From the NCBI GenBank assembly GCA_964016885.1, contig OZ024742.1, forward strand, positions 319,796,001-319,860,000: DNA of 64,000 bases, written 5' to 3'. Source of the DNA: Eledone cirrhosa. Taxonomy: Eukaryota. Below the pieces are notes generated by a model. That model saw nothing but the letters and a program-made list of their open reading frames with translations, was not told where the DNA came from and searched no databases. Numbering within the stretch: position 1 is the first letter of the stretch; each line of letters begins with the position of its first letter. Positions 40,152 through 54,800 of this stretch are shown here, piece after piece. The position numbers were made by a program, and so were the translations under genes.

Positions 40152-41737
40152 TACTTTGAAGTTGGTTAAGTTCATTCCTGCATATGCTGCAATGCAACTA
40201 TTTTACAGAATTTGTCTGGTGTTTCATCACAGATTTGTTGGCGGCGTATGGTCATTCTTTTGTGTAAAAACACTTCACGTTGCTCCGTTCAACTCAGCCC
40301 CAAAAAGTGAGTTGCGATGACATTGGTGTCTTTCCCTTTCCGTTCGATAACGTTGGTGGCGTGGAGAGGGGAGACTATCATGCATGGGCGACTGCTGGTT
40401 TTTCACAAAACACATAGTTGAGACATATGACTTGGAAAGTAACTTTCCAGGTGCAAATCTATGATCAGTCGTAATGGAAGGGTGTCAACCAAACAGTCAT
40501 ATAATCTGTTGAACCGGAGCTCTTGCACGGATATTCACAACATTAACAGAAAATAGTCATGTTGGTAGCTACACAAAAGTGCTATGTGTGATACTGATGC
40601 GAAATAGTTGCAGCACAGAAATGTATGTACAGAAACTTTTCAAAAGTGAAAAGATCAGAGTAAGTCGACTCTGTCTATCAGGAGATTTTGCACGAAATCC
40701 AGAAGAGAGAGCATGGAGTGGAAAAGCATATTTGATGTCATGTTGCATACATTGACAACCTGAAGCAGGGCAGCTTCTGGAACCTATCCAGGAATTAAAG
40801 AAGGCGATGATGGAGAAAGAAAAATGGTGAACGTCATGTTACATTCATTGACAACAACCTAAAGCAGGATACTGGCTTGGAATCTATCCAGGAACCGAAG
40901 ATTGCTGTGATGGACATAGAAGTGGAGAAATGGGATCGTGTTGCATTGGCCCTAACTGACTGACTAACTAACTAACGATCTAACTCACTCTCCTACTAAC
41001 CAATTAATCTGTAAAGAATATCTAGTAGCCATCATTCAAATACTTATTGTAATAGTTTATTATTTTTTTCAACTGAATAATTATTTCATCTTAATATCAT
41101 GAGCACATGGAAAGACTACGAAAATTCATTCTATAGTTGACATACGAGTTAAATATACATTTAAAAAACCAACGACAAAGTGTATTTCTAGAAATGTCTG
41201 ACTTGCATCACAGTTTGTTTATTTAATAAAGTTGGACATGTTAAAAATTAACACTTTCAAGAATAAATATATATTGAAATGTCAGAAATTATTTCACCTA
41301 TCTTATTTCTACAGGTTAATTCTACCATTTAGAGAATTAATGACACGTAGATTTTTCTCGTTTCCAATATGTTCGATTTTTCAGAAATTATCTGAAGATT
41401 GACAGTATGAAGTTTTAGCTTTGAATAATATATATATGGAATCAGGTCCATAACCTCTGTAGGTAACCATGAGCCAATCCTCTGCCAAACGCGCGTAAGA
41501 GGTCGATACACAATAAAAATCTAAATATATATAAACAAAACCTCATCGCTTTTGTTAATATATATATATTTATTAACAGATTTAAACCAAAATTAAATAT
41601 GTAATCATCCCCATTAGATTCTCTCTCTCCCTTACACACACACGCCACGACGCCACTATCACCTACCACCACAACTAAAACACAACAACATTACTATCCC
41701 CATCGCTCCAACGAATGCGAGACCGCCACCACTATCA

Positions 41738-42247
41738 CTACCGACAACACCACATAACAAACCAGTCAACTAGTCCTCCTGTATAAGTTTTGGCTTTGGA
41801 CAAGGGACTCCAATTTAGCTCGTAGGTGATGTTGGTTTCACAGAGATCCCAAACATGCCTGGATAATGTTGTAGCATTTCTCCGGGCTTTTATGGTATGT
41901 TGTTGTTGGTAAAACCTTGTCTTCAATTCGCAGACGGTTAATCCGATGTAGGCTTTGTTTGTTGTCACGTTGCACTTGTACACGGGGTTCCGCTGCTGAC
42001 ATTTGTTGTTTAAAGCACAATGTGTTTTGCCCATGAAATTAAATGGCCTGGGATTTTCCTCACTGAGGTCTATTAGAGTTGAGGTTGGCAGTGTTTGAGA
42101 ACGCGATGATTTGTGCGAAGTTGAGTGTGGTGGTATAAGAAAGTTTGATTGTATTTTTGTTGCAGATATTGTGGTAGCGATGGTGTGGTGGGAAGTATCT
42201 ATTGAGAAGTTTGAAGAAAATCGTCCAATTTGTTGTGGTGATGTCAC
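41738..42247 (-). pseudogene. Naiad-type PLE GIY-YIG fragment
   Basis: CALNNKC..VYKCNV..AYIGLT..LKTRF..TTLSRHVWDL..W. Confidence 0.75.
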
Positions 42248-42307
42248 TATAGTGAGGAGGATTAAACCAAGTTAGGTTGCGTGAGCAGCGGTTCCACCTG
42301 CTAATTC

Positions 42308-42353
<46 letters not shown>

Positions 42354-42595
42354 ATAACAATAAATGTGAAGACTAAAATCCGAAGATATATTTTTATATA
42401 TATAATATCCTTATCGAGCCCTCTTCGGATTTCAGTCTTCACATTTATTGTTATTACTATATATATATATATATATTTTTAAGCGATCGACTTTCGTCAA
42501 ATCGGACCGAGGAAACAATGTTTCCGTTGGTCTTTCCAATTGCTAATACTATCTATCGGTCGCAACTCCAGGTAGAAGGAGCAACGTGAAATAAA

Positions 42596-42679
<84 letters not shown>

Positions 42680-42683
<4 letters not shown>

Positions 42684-43815
42684 ATAACAATAAATGTGAA
42701 GACTAAAATCCGAAGAGGGTTCGATAAGGATATTATATATATAAAAATGTATAAAACCATAGAGCAAATATTTATTAAAATAACAGATTAAAGTTTAAGC
42801 AAAGAATCGCTGCTTTCTCTCTTAATTACAACAGTGACATAAACACAGGTAAATTTCGTTGGACTCTGGATCCCAACTCATTCAACCTGTCATAAAAAAA
42901 AGAAAAATAAAGATGGCCTGGGGATTGATTGTGCTTTCTTATTAAAAACATATCATAAGAGTTTAAACAAAGGCAGGAAATTTAGAAATTAGTTAGAAAA
43001 GAGGTGTTTTTTTTAATTAGAAGGTAAGATCAGGGGAGGTAATTCTTGAGAGACCATAGTCAAGATTGAATAAAAATAGACAAACACATTTTTTTCTGAC
43101 TCAAAGAATCCAATTTCCTTGATATATAGAATAGTCAGTAAATCAAAATAAACTTCTAGACCTGTTGATCAGGTCTAAGCGTTTTACTCAAAATATACTT
43201 CTTCTCATGAAGACAATTGCCAAAGCAATCAAGCCGTGTGTTGAGGCAGTGCTTATCGGAAGCTAGTTGTGAGAGTATTACCATTTTTCAGAATTACAAA
43301 GGCAACAAAATTTCGACCCATTCACATAGGCGGTGGATCTTTCTAATATCTTCCAATTGATGAGAAAAGGTGTGTCGTTGTTCTTAACGATTTGCGAGTG
43401 GGGTGGCATGTTTTTTGTTGGGATATCTGAAGGTTGTTTCATGATTCAGGTACCGGTTTTTAAACCGGCTCTCTGACATACCGACATAGATCCAGGCTTC
43501 AGTTTCGAGGTTCTGGTTGGTGGAGATAACCTCTGCTTGGTAAATCATCGCCGAAGAGTTGCACTGTTGGTCTAATGGGCATGTTTCTGGTCTTCTACAT
43601 GAGCGTTTGTACGGTGTAGGGCTTTTGCGTTTGCCAGTGATGTAGGATTTGACATTAGTGCAAGAGTAACCTATTTTTACTGTATGGCGATTAAATATCT
43701 TTCGGTATTTATGGCCAACAGGGAAATGGAGATCTATGAGGGCTAGGCTGAATGAGTTGGGGTCCAGAACCCAACGAAACTTAAGTACCTGTTTTATGTC
43801 ACTGTTGTAATTATT
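42680..43815 (-). mobile_element. 5'-truncated Naiad-type PLE with inverted pLTR piece
   Basis: FPVGHKYRKIFNRHTVKIGYSC..CRRPETCPLDQQC..IY..YVGMSE.RFK.RY.NH (43200-43740). 42822-42890 is inverted at 43744-43813, each with an HHR. Confidence 0.8.
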
Positions 43816-43876
43816 TATACTAAACTCGTCCTATGGACTGAATGGCCTTACTCTTGGATATTTCTATCAAACCTTT

Positions 43877-43949
<73 letters not shown>

Positions 43950-44274
43950 TAGAAGGGATATTTAATTTGTTGGAAATTCAACAAATATAAATGTTTATAA
44001 CTGATTCAGAGCACTCGACAGCTTTCTGGAGTAAATATTCAATGATATTAAATAAATGGAAACTATATTTATAAAAGCATATTTATTCTATTATATATAT
44101 TTCAAGAGTACCAAAAACTTTGGTACGCTTTCATCAGATAAAAATACAAAGAGTGTTTACTCTATTATTCCTAGTTTACTGAATAGGGCTCTTATCTATG
44201 CATCTAAACATACAGATTTATCTAGTGATGAAATGCATATCATTCTAACAACACGGAAAACTTTAATAGAATTC

Positions 44275-44277
<3 letters not shown>
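43950..44277. mobile_element. Rearranged Naiad-type fragments with HHR
   Basis: Pieces homologous to 57460-57540 and 58045-58160 flank an inverted pLTR piece with an HHR at ~44085-44142(-). Confidence 0.65.
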
Positions 44278-44339
<62 letters not shown>

Positions 44340-44342
<3 letters not shown>

Positions 44343-45505
44343 GGAAAAATTTGAACAGGGACAAAACAGAGAGGCAGTACAATAAATGTTTATTAATTTC
44401 ACGCTCAGGAGAGTGGGGGGGGGGGTAAGTGGGGGACGACGTTTCGGGCATAAGCCCTTCCTCAGGTGAGAAGTGTGTGGGAACAGAGTTCAAAAGGTGT
44501 GTAGGGAGTGGTGGAGAGACATATAGCGAAAGGAAACGGTGCGAATGAAAAAAAAACAAATAAAGATAAAAAATAAAAATAAAGCATGATCAAAATACAA
44601 GGAATGAGCAAATTTAAAAATAAAGGCATGATCAAAATAAACTGAAATTAAAAGGGGGTAAACACGTGCTGGAAGGGTGTGGGGTGAGTAGGGGTGGTGG
44701 CGGGTGGAGTGGGGAGAGGGAGACGGGGTGTCCGAGCGGGGAGGGCTGAAGGTGGTGTGTGTGTGTAGGTGTGCGTGTGTGTGTGTGTGTGTGTGTATGT
44801 GAAAGTAAGGGTTGGGGGAAAAACGGGGTTGCATGTTCAGGAAGGGGTGTGTGTGGGGGGGTGTTTTTGTGGGTCGGAGTGTCTGTGCGTGTGTGGATAG
44901 GGGGTGGGGGAGAGGAATCAGGAGGCTGAGGGTGTAAATATGTGGTGGGAAGCACGTGTGTGTGGGGTTTAAGCGTGTTGTGGGTGTGGGTGGCGTGTGG
45001 AGAAAAAAATTTGTTTGGGGTGTTAGTATACGGGAGGTGGGGAGGGGTTGAATGCAGGTGTGAGTGGGGGTTAGTGGTGGTAGGGTGTGTAGAGTTGGTG
45101 GTGTACGAGGGTGTGTGGGTACGTGTGCGTGGGGTTGGGGGGTGTTAGTGATGTTAGCTGCGTGTGGGGTGGGTGGTGTAAGTGGGTGCGTGTGTTCGTG
45201 TGCTTGGGGTTAGGGGGTGTTAGTGAGGTTAGTTGCGGGGTGGTGAGATGGAGGTGTGGGGGTGAGAGGTGTGGGGGTGAGGGTTAGTGGTGGTAGTGGG
45301 GTGTGTGTTTAGTGTGAGCGCGTGTATATATGTGCCGGTGGGTGTGTGCGTGTGATAAGGAGGGGGAGGAGGAGAAGAGGGGAGGGAAGGGATGTTAGTA
45401 TGTTAGTTGGGGAAGGGTGGTCAGATGAGGGATGGAGTGGAGGTGTTAGTATTGTTAGTGTGGGGTGGGCGGTGAAAAGGAGGGGTGTGTTAGTGGTGTT
45501 AGTGG
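44340..45505 (-). mobile_element. 3' region/pLTR of a Neptune-type PLE
   Basis: Homologous to 53930-55010. HHR 44432-44468(-): CUGAGGA-A-GGGC(UUAU)GCCC-GAAACGUCGUC. Terminal piece also at 12140-12215. Confidence 0.78.
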
Positions 45506-45664
45506 GATATATATATATATATATATATACACTCATGTCTACATTTTGAATGAAACAGTTCTATAAGCCATTTCTATATTAAACATGATTTTTACACTAT
45601 ACTAATGTATTGAGTACCTTACTTACTGCGGTTACCCTCGGTTGAACCCAGGACTCGCATATAT

Positions 45665-47320
45665 AACATATATCAGATAGAATCATACCGCAACTTAAAG
45701 AAAAATCATACCTAAAACTATGGAACGGCACTAAAGAGGTTATAGATTGGTTCAATAACATAAAATTTAAACATAACAAAAAATTCATTCAAATGGATAT
45801 TGCAAATTACTACTCCTCTATTACTCCTAGTTTACTTAATAAGGCTCTAAAACATACAGATCTATCTAGTGAAAACATACAGATCTCTCTAGATCTGTAT
45901 CTAAACATACAGATCTATCTAGTGAAGAAATGCATATCATTTTAACCGCACGGAAAACTTTAATTGAATTCAATAATCATCTCTGGACAAGAGCCGATAG
46001 AAAAAATAATTTTGATATCACCATGGGATCATCTGACTCGGCGCAAATAACGGATCTTTTGAGGTTATTTATTAATAATACACTGCATAGAAAAATACCA
46101 GAGATGACCGGTGGTTTATATCGTGATGATATGCTGCTTTTACTTGAAAATCATAGTAATTGTGAAATTAATAGGAAAAGAAAATCCATAATACAATTCT
46201 TCAATAACTACAACCTTAAGTTAGAAATAGAGAATAACTATAAAATCGTTAACTTTTTAAACGTAATATTAAACCTTAACACAGGAATCTACTATCCATT
46301 CCATAAAATTAATGAGAATCTAAATTATGTAAGTTTTAACTCTAGTCATCCTAGATCTATTAAGAACACTATTGTCAAAAGTGTCCAACAACGGATTTCA
46401 CGCATCTCCGCTAATAAAAACATTTTTGATGATAAGGCTGAATATTATAATGAAGCTTTAAATAGAGCAGGGTATTCGAATAAAATTAAATACATTGACA
46501 ACAATAACACGACAAATCACCCTAGTATTAATTATAATAATAATAAACAATTTAACTCAAACTCTTAAACAAACAAAAGAACTAGAACTAGAAATATTAT
46601 TTGGTTTTCACCCCCCCCCCCCCATTCTCATTAAGCGTTAAAACATCTTTAGCAAAACTATTCTTTAAAGTACTAGACAAATGTTTTCCTAAAGCCCACA
46701 GATACCACTCAATCTTTAACAGACATACTATAAAACTATCCTACTCTACTACTATGAACATAGCACAAAATATAAATAGAATTAATAATAGAAACTTAAA
46801 TTTAAACCCTAACCAAAATAACCATAATAGCATTAATAATATTTCTAGCAATATCCAACATAATAGTACCGTTCCGAGCAACAACAACTCCGTAAAATGT
46901 AACTGTAGAATCAAATCAAACTGCCCTTTACAAAATAAGTGTTTAAATAAAAACGTAGTCTATAAATGCACAGTTAAAACTAGTGATAATATATTTAACT
47001 ATGTCGGTGCCACTTCTACAAAATTTAAAGATCGCTGGAATAACCATAATTACTCTTTCAGAAGATCTGATAAAAAATCTTCAACTTCTCTTTCACATCT
47101 TATATGGAACTTAAAAAGCAAGAATATAGACTATTCAATATCTTGGAAAACGATTTAATAAGCACCTGCGTACTGAAACTTGACTTTATCAAAATTCTGT
47201 AAATTGTGTATTGAAGAATTTTTTTAATTAACTGTCAAAACTCTATTAATCTCAGAGCAGAATTATTTAATTCTTGCAGACATCGCCAAAATTCTACATT
47301 CAGAACTATGTGTAACTTAT
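45665..47320 (+). mobile_element. Naiad-type PLE, disrupted RT + GIY-YIG
   Basis: FIQMDIANYYSSI, FDITMGSSDSAQ, GLYRDD, SSHP, IFNRHTIKLSYS, CNC....CPL..KC..VVY..YVG.T..FK.RW.NH; stops and frameshifts. Confidence 0.9.
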
Positions 47321-47444
47321 AATATTCCTATAAATCTTCAAAATGATCCTATCTTTTTTAACAATTTATATTTTTAATATATTAATATCTCTAAATCATA
47401 ATATCTCTAATATTTGTAGTACTTTCACCTTTCAGCAAAATTTC

Positions 47445-47489
<45 letters not shown>

Positions 47490-47490
<1 letters not shown>

Positions 47491-50150
47491 CGAAAGATAA
47501 GTCAATTACATGAACTCATAATCCTTTATTTAGTGCTATATATATTTCGATGATAGCCATTGAATGGCTATGACCTCATCAGGCAGTTAGTCAGTTCTTA
47601 GATATGCCAGCTCTGTGTGTATAGTGTTGATGGTATCAGAGCCTTGGGACATATGAGCTTGTTAGGAATACTTTGATGTTGTCAGCAGGAATAGTCTTGA
47701 TTCTCATTGGTCAGTTTGTAGATGGTAGTAGGTTGGTATTTGACCTCAAAGAGGCAGGTGGTTCTGTAAGGTTCAAACTGTCAGGCAAGATGACAATAGT
47801 TCCACATGACTGATTTTCACAAAAGGCATTCTTGGTCAAATATATTTTCAAATAAGGTTAATAGTATGAAATAGATACTACAGGTCATTCTTAAATTGAG
47901 GAATTTATGTGGAGTGGTGCTACTGAAAATTATGGTTGGAGTAGAAAGTTTACAAATAAAAAGGCTTATGTAGGTTGGCTTACACTACACTCACACCCAC
48001 CTCCACACACACACACACACACCCACAGATACAAAAAGTGGGGTGGTAATACTTAATATAGTGGTTAGAGTCCAATACTTAGAAAGTTAGATAGTTTAGA
48101 AAATTTAGAAATAAAAGGTTTATGCTGGTTCACTTGTACATACACTCACACCTACCCCCTCAAACACTCACACATCTACACACACAAATCCATACAGGTG
48201 TGTGTATATATGCATGCATGCATGCATGTACGCACAAGTATACACATATATATATACATATATAAAATATATATATATATACACAGAACATACATATATA
48301 TAAAATATATACATACAAAAATATAAAAAATATATATATACATAGAATACACACACACACACACACAAAATATATACACACGTATAACATACATATATAT
48401 ATATATATATAAAGAAATACACACACACATACACACATATATATATATAAAATATATACATACAGATACGCACACATATATAAAATACGCATACATACAC
48501 ATATAAAATACACATATATATACACATGATACATATATACAGATATATATATAAAATCAGGTTCAATAAAACATTGTTTAGATGACTCCTAACCAGTAGA
48601 GGATCCGGTGGACCTTCCACCATAGGGACCGCAAACCATGGGTGGTTGTTGTTGTCCATTGGTCATTGGTACGGGGTGTAGGGGACCTACCGGGGGGGGG
48701 GGGGGGGGGGGCTTGTGGGACGCCGTAACCGGGGTTTATCCATATAGCTTGAGGAAAGTTCCCGCCCTTAGGTGTCTGCAGGCACCGAATAAGTCGGCCC
48801 TTCTGTTTAATAGCTTGGTTCCGCAATGAAGAATCTCGAGTGTCTCACTAAGACAGAGGTTGCAAATACCAGACCCGCCTCTGTCTGGAGGAACCTTTCT
48901 AACCACGGACCAGACCAGAAAGTGCGGGGTCTGTTCAAGTTTGAGCTTCCAGATCAATTCAGAAAGGGCCGTACATTTCCTCTTATCTATTCTGTTAAAG
49001 GAATGGCGATGGTTATACCACCGAGCTTTGAAGCTCGTCGCTGTGGATCCTATGTAGTGGTGCTCCGAGTTAAGGGTTGTGACCGTGCACCTGTAGACCA
49101 CGTTTTTGGTCATGCATTCATTACTAAGGGGGCATAACGATGGGTCTCTGCAATTACATGACTTCTTAAGCCCCACCACATGTACCGCGTGGTTAGCATC
49201 ACTCGGGGTTGGCTGGGTAGCCTCCGCAATCAGCACAGGGTCGTTGGGTTCCGGTGTGCTAGTTGGGCCTGTCCGGGTTCCGATGCGTCCCGCGTGCTGG
49301 TTCTGTTGGGTGGCTCCGGGGTTTACGCTGGTATTAGAGGCAGTGAGCCTATTCCTATTTATGCCAGCTATGTGCTGGGCTACGGAGCGTGTGGTTGGGT
49401 AGGAAAGTTTCACCGTGTGCCTGTTGAATATTTTATGGTACTTATGGGCCCTAGGGAAACATATATCCAGTACTCTAAAGAATGTTCTAGCCAGGCTGGT
49501 ACGTAGACCCACCGAGTACGGAGGGTTATACCATGTGACCTTCCTGGTCCTATTCTTGCGGGGTTGTTGGGTGTCCGCCGTGGGCCATCGCGTGGTTGTG
49601 CACAGCTCAGGTCGAGCTCGGTTGGTGTCACTTGGGTGTGCGGAGCGGTCACTATCATGAGGATTATATAGGCCCACCGTGGGGCTATAAACCTGCGAGG
49701 TGCGGCCTCCCTGCTCAATTAGGATTCGGCGGGTGGTGGGGCCGTTGCAGGGGTGCCTATGGTCCGCAGCACAGTGGTCTTCAGCGTTGTAGGTATTAGA
49801 CCGGTGGCGTATGTGTGACCTTCTACCGGGTGTGGTGACGGATAGGGGTCTGGGAGTGTTACTACTGGTCACCGAGGTATTAGGTGGGCGACTCATTCCC
49901 CTGAGGGTATTGGTCCGGGGTACCCTTGGGTCATCTCGATCATGTCCCTTAGGGTTATAGCTGATCCTGTCGCTGTAGGACGCCTTAGCTAGAGCTGAGT
50001 TATAGTAATCAGCGTTACTATTGAATATCTCTATATTGGCCGACAAGTTAGAGATCCTGTCAGAGACACTCTTAACTACGCCCTTAACTATAGATCTAGG
50101 GTGATTAGACTCAGCGTTGATATAAACCAGCTTCTCATTGAGTTTCTGAA
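47490..50150 (-). mobile_element. 5'-truncated Naiad-type PLE (GC-richer family) with 3' HHR
   Basis: ORF 48736-50046 has WYNPPYS, IFNRHTVKLSY, CNCRDPSLCPL, VVY..YIG and CNLCL.E. HHR 47534-47585(-): UGC-CUGAUGA-GGUCAUAGCCAU/AUGGCUAUCAUC-GAAAUAUAUAUA^GCA. Confidence 0.88.
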
Positions 50151-50159
50151 TTAAAAAAT

Positions 50160-50499
50160 TAAAATCATATAGATATACATAAATATATATAAATATATAT
50201 AATCTCGAAAGGTCTTTTTTCTAAGCGCTCATATATTCACCTAGCTTATGCTAACAGAATAACTATGTAGCTTGTTCCCTTCCTCTCTACGGTTAGCTTT
50301 CCTCTTTGTTGTTTACTTGTCTCACTCGCTTTACGCGTTTTAATTGTCCTAATAACTTAATTTAGTTATTATTGCACCGACGTGAGGTATATGATTTTTA
50401 ATGCAATGAAATATCTATGATCGTCGGCAAATCACTGATGAGGGACTCATTTTATAACATGTTATCCATGTGCAACCTGCAGTATTCTTCTCCCCATTT

Positions 50500-50576
<77 letters not shown>

Positions 50577-51549
50577 GATATTTATGTATATCTATATGAT
50601 TTTAATTTTTTAATTTTTTAATTCTTTATTTTTCCAATGACACCCTCTAAAGCTATTTTTTCAACGTAGTTTAATAACCATTAACTGATTTAAGGAAAAT
50701 GTATCATATTCAAGACGATGTTTAAACATTCATATTTCTTTCGACTAAATAATTAATTAATCTCACACTAACTTTTAAAAATTTATCGATTAACAAATAA
50801 AATTGGAGTTATCTTTCCTTTCTCAATCATATAAACTTATTATACCTAACTCCGTTAATTTAAAACATTCTCAATGCGAAACAAGTTATCCAAATATATA
50901 AATTCATAATTTTAACTACCTATTTATTTACATAAAACACAAAATCAACTCCCTCGTAACTCATATTAAAAACAACTAATAATTGCAAATTATCTTTTTA
51001 TTAAAAATACATATGCTATTATTAAAATATATATAGATATTTATACGAGTATTTAACCCACTACAATATTATAATAAGATAAATACTTACAAACATAATT
51101 CTCCATCTAAATATATACTCAACATAGGTAAATATTTGAATTTATTTTCCCCCAAATTAACGTATACAAGTAGTCTTCTTTTTCCTTTTTCCTTTTCCTT
51201 CTTCTTCTTCTTTTTCCTTTTTATTTTTTATTTTTTATTTCTTTCTCTCTTATTATTATATATCTAGACTTTCTATAGCGTTTAAAATAACCGTTTTTCA
51301 ATCATATAACTCAACCTTATTTACATATTCATTTGCATATCCATCCATAAGTTTGAAAAATCCGTTCTTTAATCTTACTACCCAAGGAAAATTCAACTGA
51401 TAAGGTATGGTTTCCTTGGCTATGTCAACATTTATAAAACACTCTTTGTATTTTATCTGATGAAAGGGTACCAACATTTTTGGTACTCTTGAAATATATA
51501 TAATAGAATAAATATGGTTTCATAAATATAATTTCAATTTATTTAATAT

Positions 51550-51555
<6 letters not shown>
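50160..51555 (+). mobile_element. AT-rich PLE 3' tail/pLTR ending in HHR
   Basis: HHR 51449-51510: UUUUAU-CUGAUGA-AAGGGUACCAA/UUGGUACUCUU-GAAAUAUAUAUA^AUAGAA. Homologous to 61200-61518. Confidence 0.72.
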
Positions 51556-51586
<31 letters not shown>

Positions 51587-51809
51587 AACGAGTAGGACCC
51601 CGACGGCTGAGCTCAAGCCGTTTCGACGGCTAATTCTGGACTATTGAGTCCAGGATAGCCGTCGAAACTGCTTGAGCTCAGCCGTCAGGGTCCTACTCGT
51701 TCCTATTACCCACTCTACTACCCTAAGTATTGAGTACTTTGGTGCGTTATGGTCCATCTGGTTCCTTACCACATTTCCTTCGTTATATATATATATATAT
51801 ATATATATA

Positions 51810-54800
51810 TTCCTATCTTTGCATTATTTATTTATTAATTTACTGTATTTGTTTATTTCTGCCTACTATTTTTTGTCTATGATTTTCCTGTGTATACTTT
51901 CCCCTCCTTACTTTATTTTTGTTTGATTTTCCCTCCCCCGTCTCTGTCTACCCTTTCGCACTCACTCCTTCGTTCCACCTTCCCCCGCATCACACACTTC
52001 CCTTCCCCCCCCTACTTTAACTCCACGCCCACAATGCCCAGCCTGAGATCTTTTCTCCACCTACTCCGCACCCGCCCAAACTTTTCCTCACCCCTCCTCC
52101 CACCCTGCTATCTCCCCTCGGCCCTCCAACTCTCCTACCTTATCTTCGCCAAAACCCGGCATTCCAGCCACATCTATTTCCTCAGCCGGTGCCTCCACCT
52201 CCACCTCATCCCCCTCGGCTTCCGACTACACTTCCACACCTCCTCCAACGTATCCTCACCCGATCATCGCGCCTCCTAATGCGCAACTCCCCCCCGTTCC
52301 TCCCTCTCCACCATCCGAAAGCTTGACTACAAACTGACTCCTACCCTCCTCCGCCTTAACTCCGCATGCCACCCCCTCCACGTCCACTCCATCCTCCTCT
52401 TCATCCAAAACCTCAACCACGACCTCTTCTCCTTCTTCACATCCACCAAAGCCCTTAAGCTACACTCACTCCTCCCTACCACCACCTTCCACCACCCCTC
52501 GCCCATCCCTGTGACCCCCACATCCATCCCACTCCTCTCCACCACCAACCACGCCCTTCGCCTGCTCGACTCCTTCACTTTCCCACCCGGCTCACCCACC
52601 CTCCTCTTCACCCTAGATATCAAGTCGCTTTATAGTGTCATCCCCCACGCCGACGGCCTACGTGCCCTCAGGCACTACAACGACCTTCGCCCTCCTCCAT
52701 CCCCTCCACCCGCACCCTCCTTCGCCTCGCCGAGTTGGTCCTCACCCTCAACTGCTTTTCCTTCTCGGATGAGTTTTACCAACAGGTCACGGGGGGTAGC
52801 CATGGGCACAAGAATGGGCCCAAACTATGCCAACCTTTTCGTTGGCCCTGTTGAGGCCCAAATCTTTGCCCAGTACACCGGCTCCACGCCCGAACTTTAC
52901 GGTGGTTACATCGACGACTGTATCGGAGCCACGAACCTCACCCGAGAACAGCTAGACTCCTTTCTCTCCTTCTTCTGCTCCTTCCACCCCTCCCTCCACT
53001 TCACCACCCATGTCCACTTCTTAGACATCTCCGGCGTCATCGACCCCTCCCACCGCTCCCTCGTCACCTCCGCCTTCTTTAAACCCACCGACTCCCACTC
53101 CTACCTCGACTTCACCTCCTCCTACCCTACACACACAAAACACTCTATGCTGAGATACTGACTTTGAGTCCCAGGCCCTTTCCCTAGTCAGCCATTTCAT
53201 CCGCAGATGTTCCCCCCCTCGTCCACACCGCCCTCACTCGCGCCCGTGCTGTCCACCGCTCCACCACCCTCACCCCACGCCACCGCCGACCCACCCACCG
53301 TCTCCCCTTCCTCATCACCTACCACCCCTTCACCCTACCCCTCCACCGAACCATCCTCCGCCTCTTCCTCCGCCTCCAGTCCGACCCCTCCACCTCCCAC
53401 ATCTTCCCATTCCCACCCCTCCGCTCCTTCAAACGCGCACGCAATCTCCGCACCCTCCTCGTCCGCAGCTCCCTACCCCCAACCAACGCTCCCTCCCGGT
53501 TCCCTTCCCTGCTCCAGGCCTCGTTGCCATACCTGCCCTCACATCACCAACACCACCACCTTCCAGGGTCCCAACGGCCACTCTCTCTCTGTCCGGCACG
53601 TCTTCCGCTACACCTCCTCCAACCTAGTCTATGGACTTCGCTGCACGGAGTGCAGTGCAACCTACGTCGGACAGACTGGACGTCGCCTGGCGGACCGTTT
53701 CACTGAACACCTCCGGGATATTCGTCTCGGCGGGAGTTCGCTCATCGCCCGTCACTTTGGCTCCCCTGGACATTCCGCCCACCACCTCACAGTCTGTGGC
53801 CTACTCCAATGCCACGGAACACCCGCTACCCGCCTCACGGTCGAACAACGCACCATCTTCACCCTACAGACCCTCCCCACCCCTATTCCTTTCGCCTTCG
53901 ACCTTCCTGTACCCCCCCACACACACACACATATCCCTCACTAACACCACTAACACACCCGCATTCAACCCTTTCCCCACCACCAGTATACTAACACACA
54001 CTAACACCCCCTTTACCACACACACACTCATCCAAACACGCACACACACACCAATACACTACACTCCCTCCATCGTCCCCAACACATTTTCTCTCCCTCT
54101 CCCCGCTCCACCTACACCCCTTCACACACACACATCCCACTAACACCTCTACTAATGCACACCCATCCCCCTACATTACCCCCACTCCACCTTTCACACC
54201 TACCCATCCTCCCCCCTGTCCTCCGCACCTCCGCACACACAGCCACAGTCTTCACCACACACTGACTTTTTCCACCTGTCATTCTCCTCTACTGCTATCA
54301 CTTCATCCTGCCTTGACTCTCTGACCACTTCCTGTTGCGCGCGCACCCCACATCTCCCCACTTCCGACCACCACAACCAACGGATTACACACCACCGGTC
54401 ATCGTTCCAGCTATCCACTCCATAACATGAATTATATCCAGCACCTCATCGCACACTCCACGGAACTACCTTAGGAACTTACCCACGGACATACACTCAC
54501 AATGTTTTTTCGAACCACGCCACCTACATACACACCACGTATAAACACCAACACACACGTGCGTACCCCCACTTATACACACTCAGCATCCGGAATCCTC
54601 CCCCCTCCCCCACCTCTCTGACCCCTCCCCATCCACACGCACGCACACACCTACCTACACCCCCCCCACACACACACACCTTTTCCTGAACATGGAACCT
54701 CGTTCTTCCCCCAACTCTCACATTCACATACACACACACACACGTACACCTACACACATACACAAACACCACCTTCAGCCCTCCCCGTTCGGACCCCACG

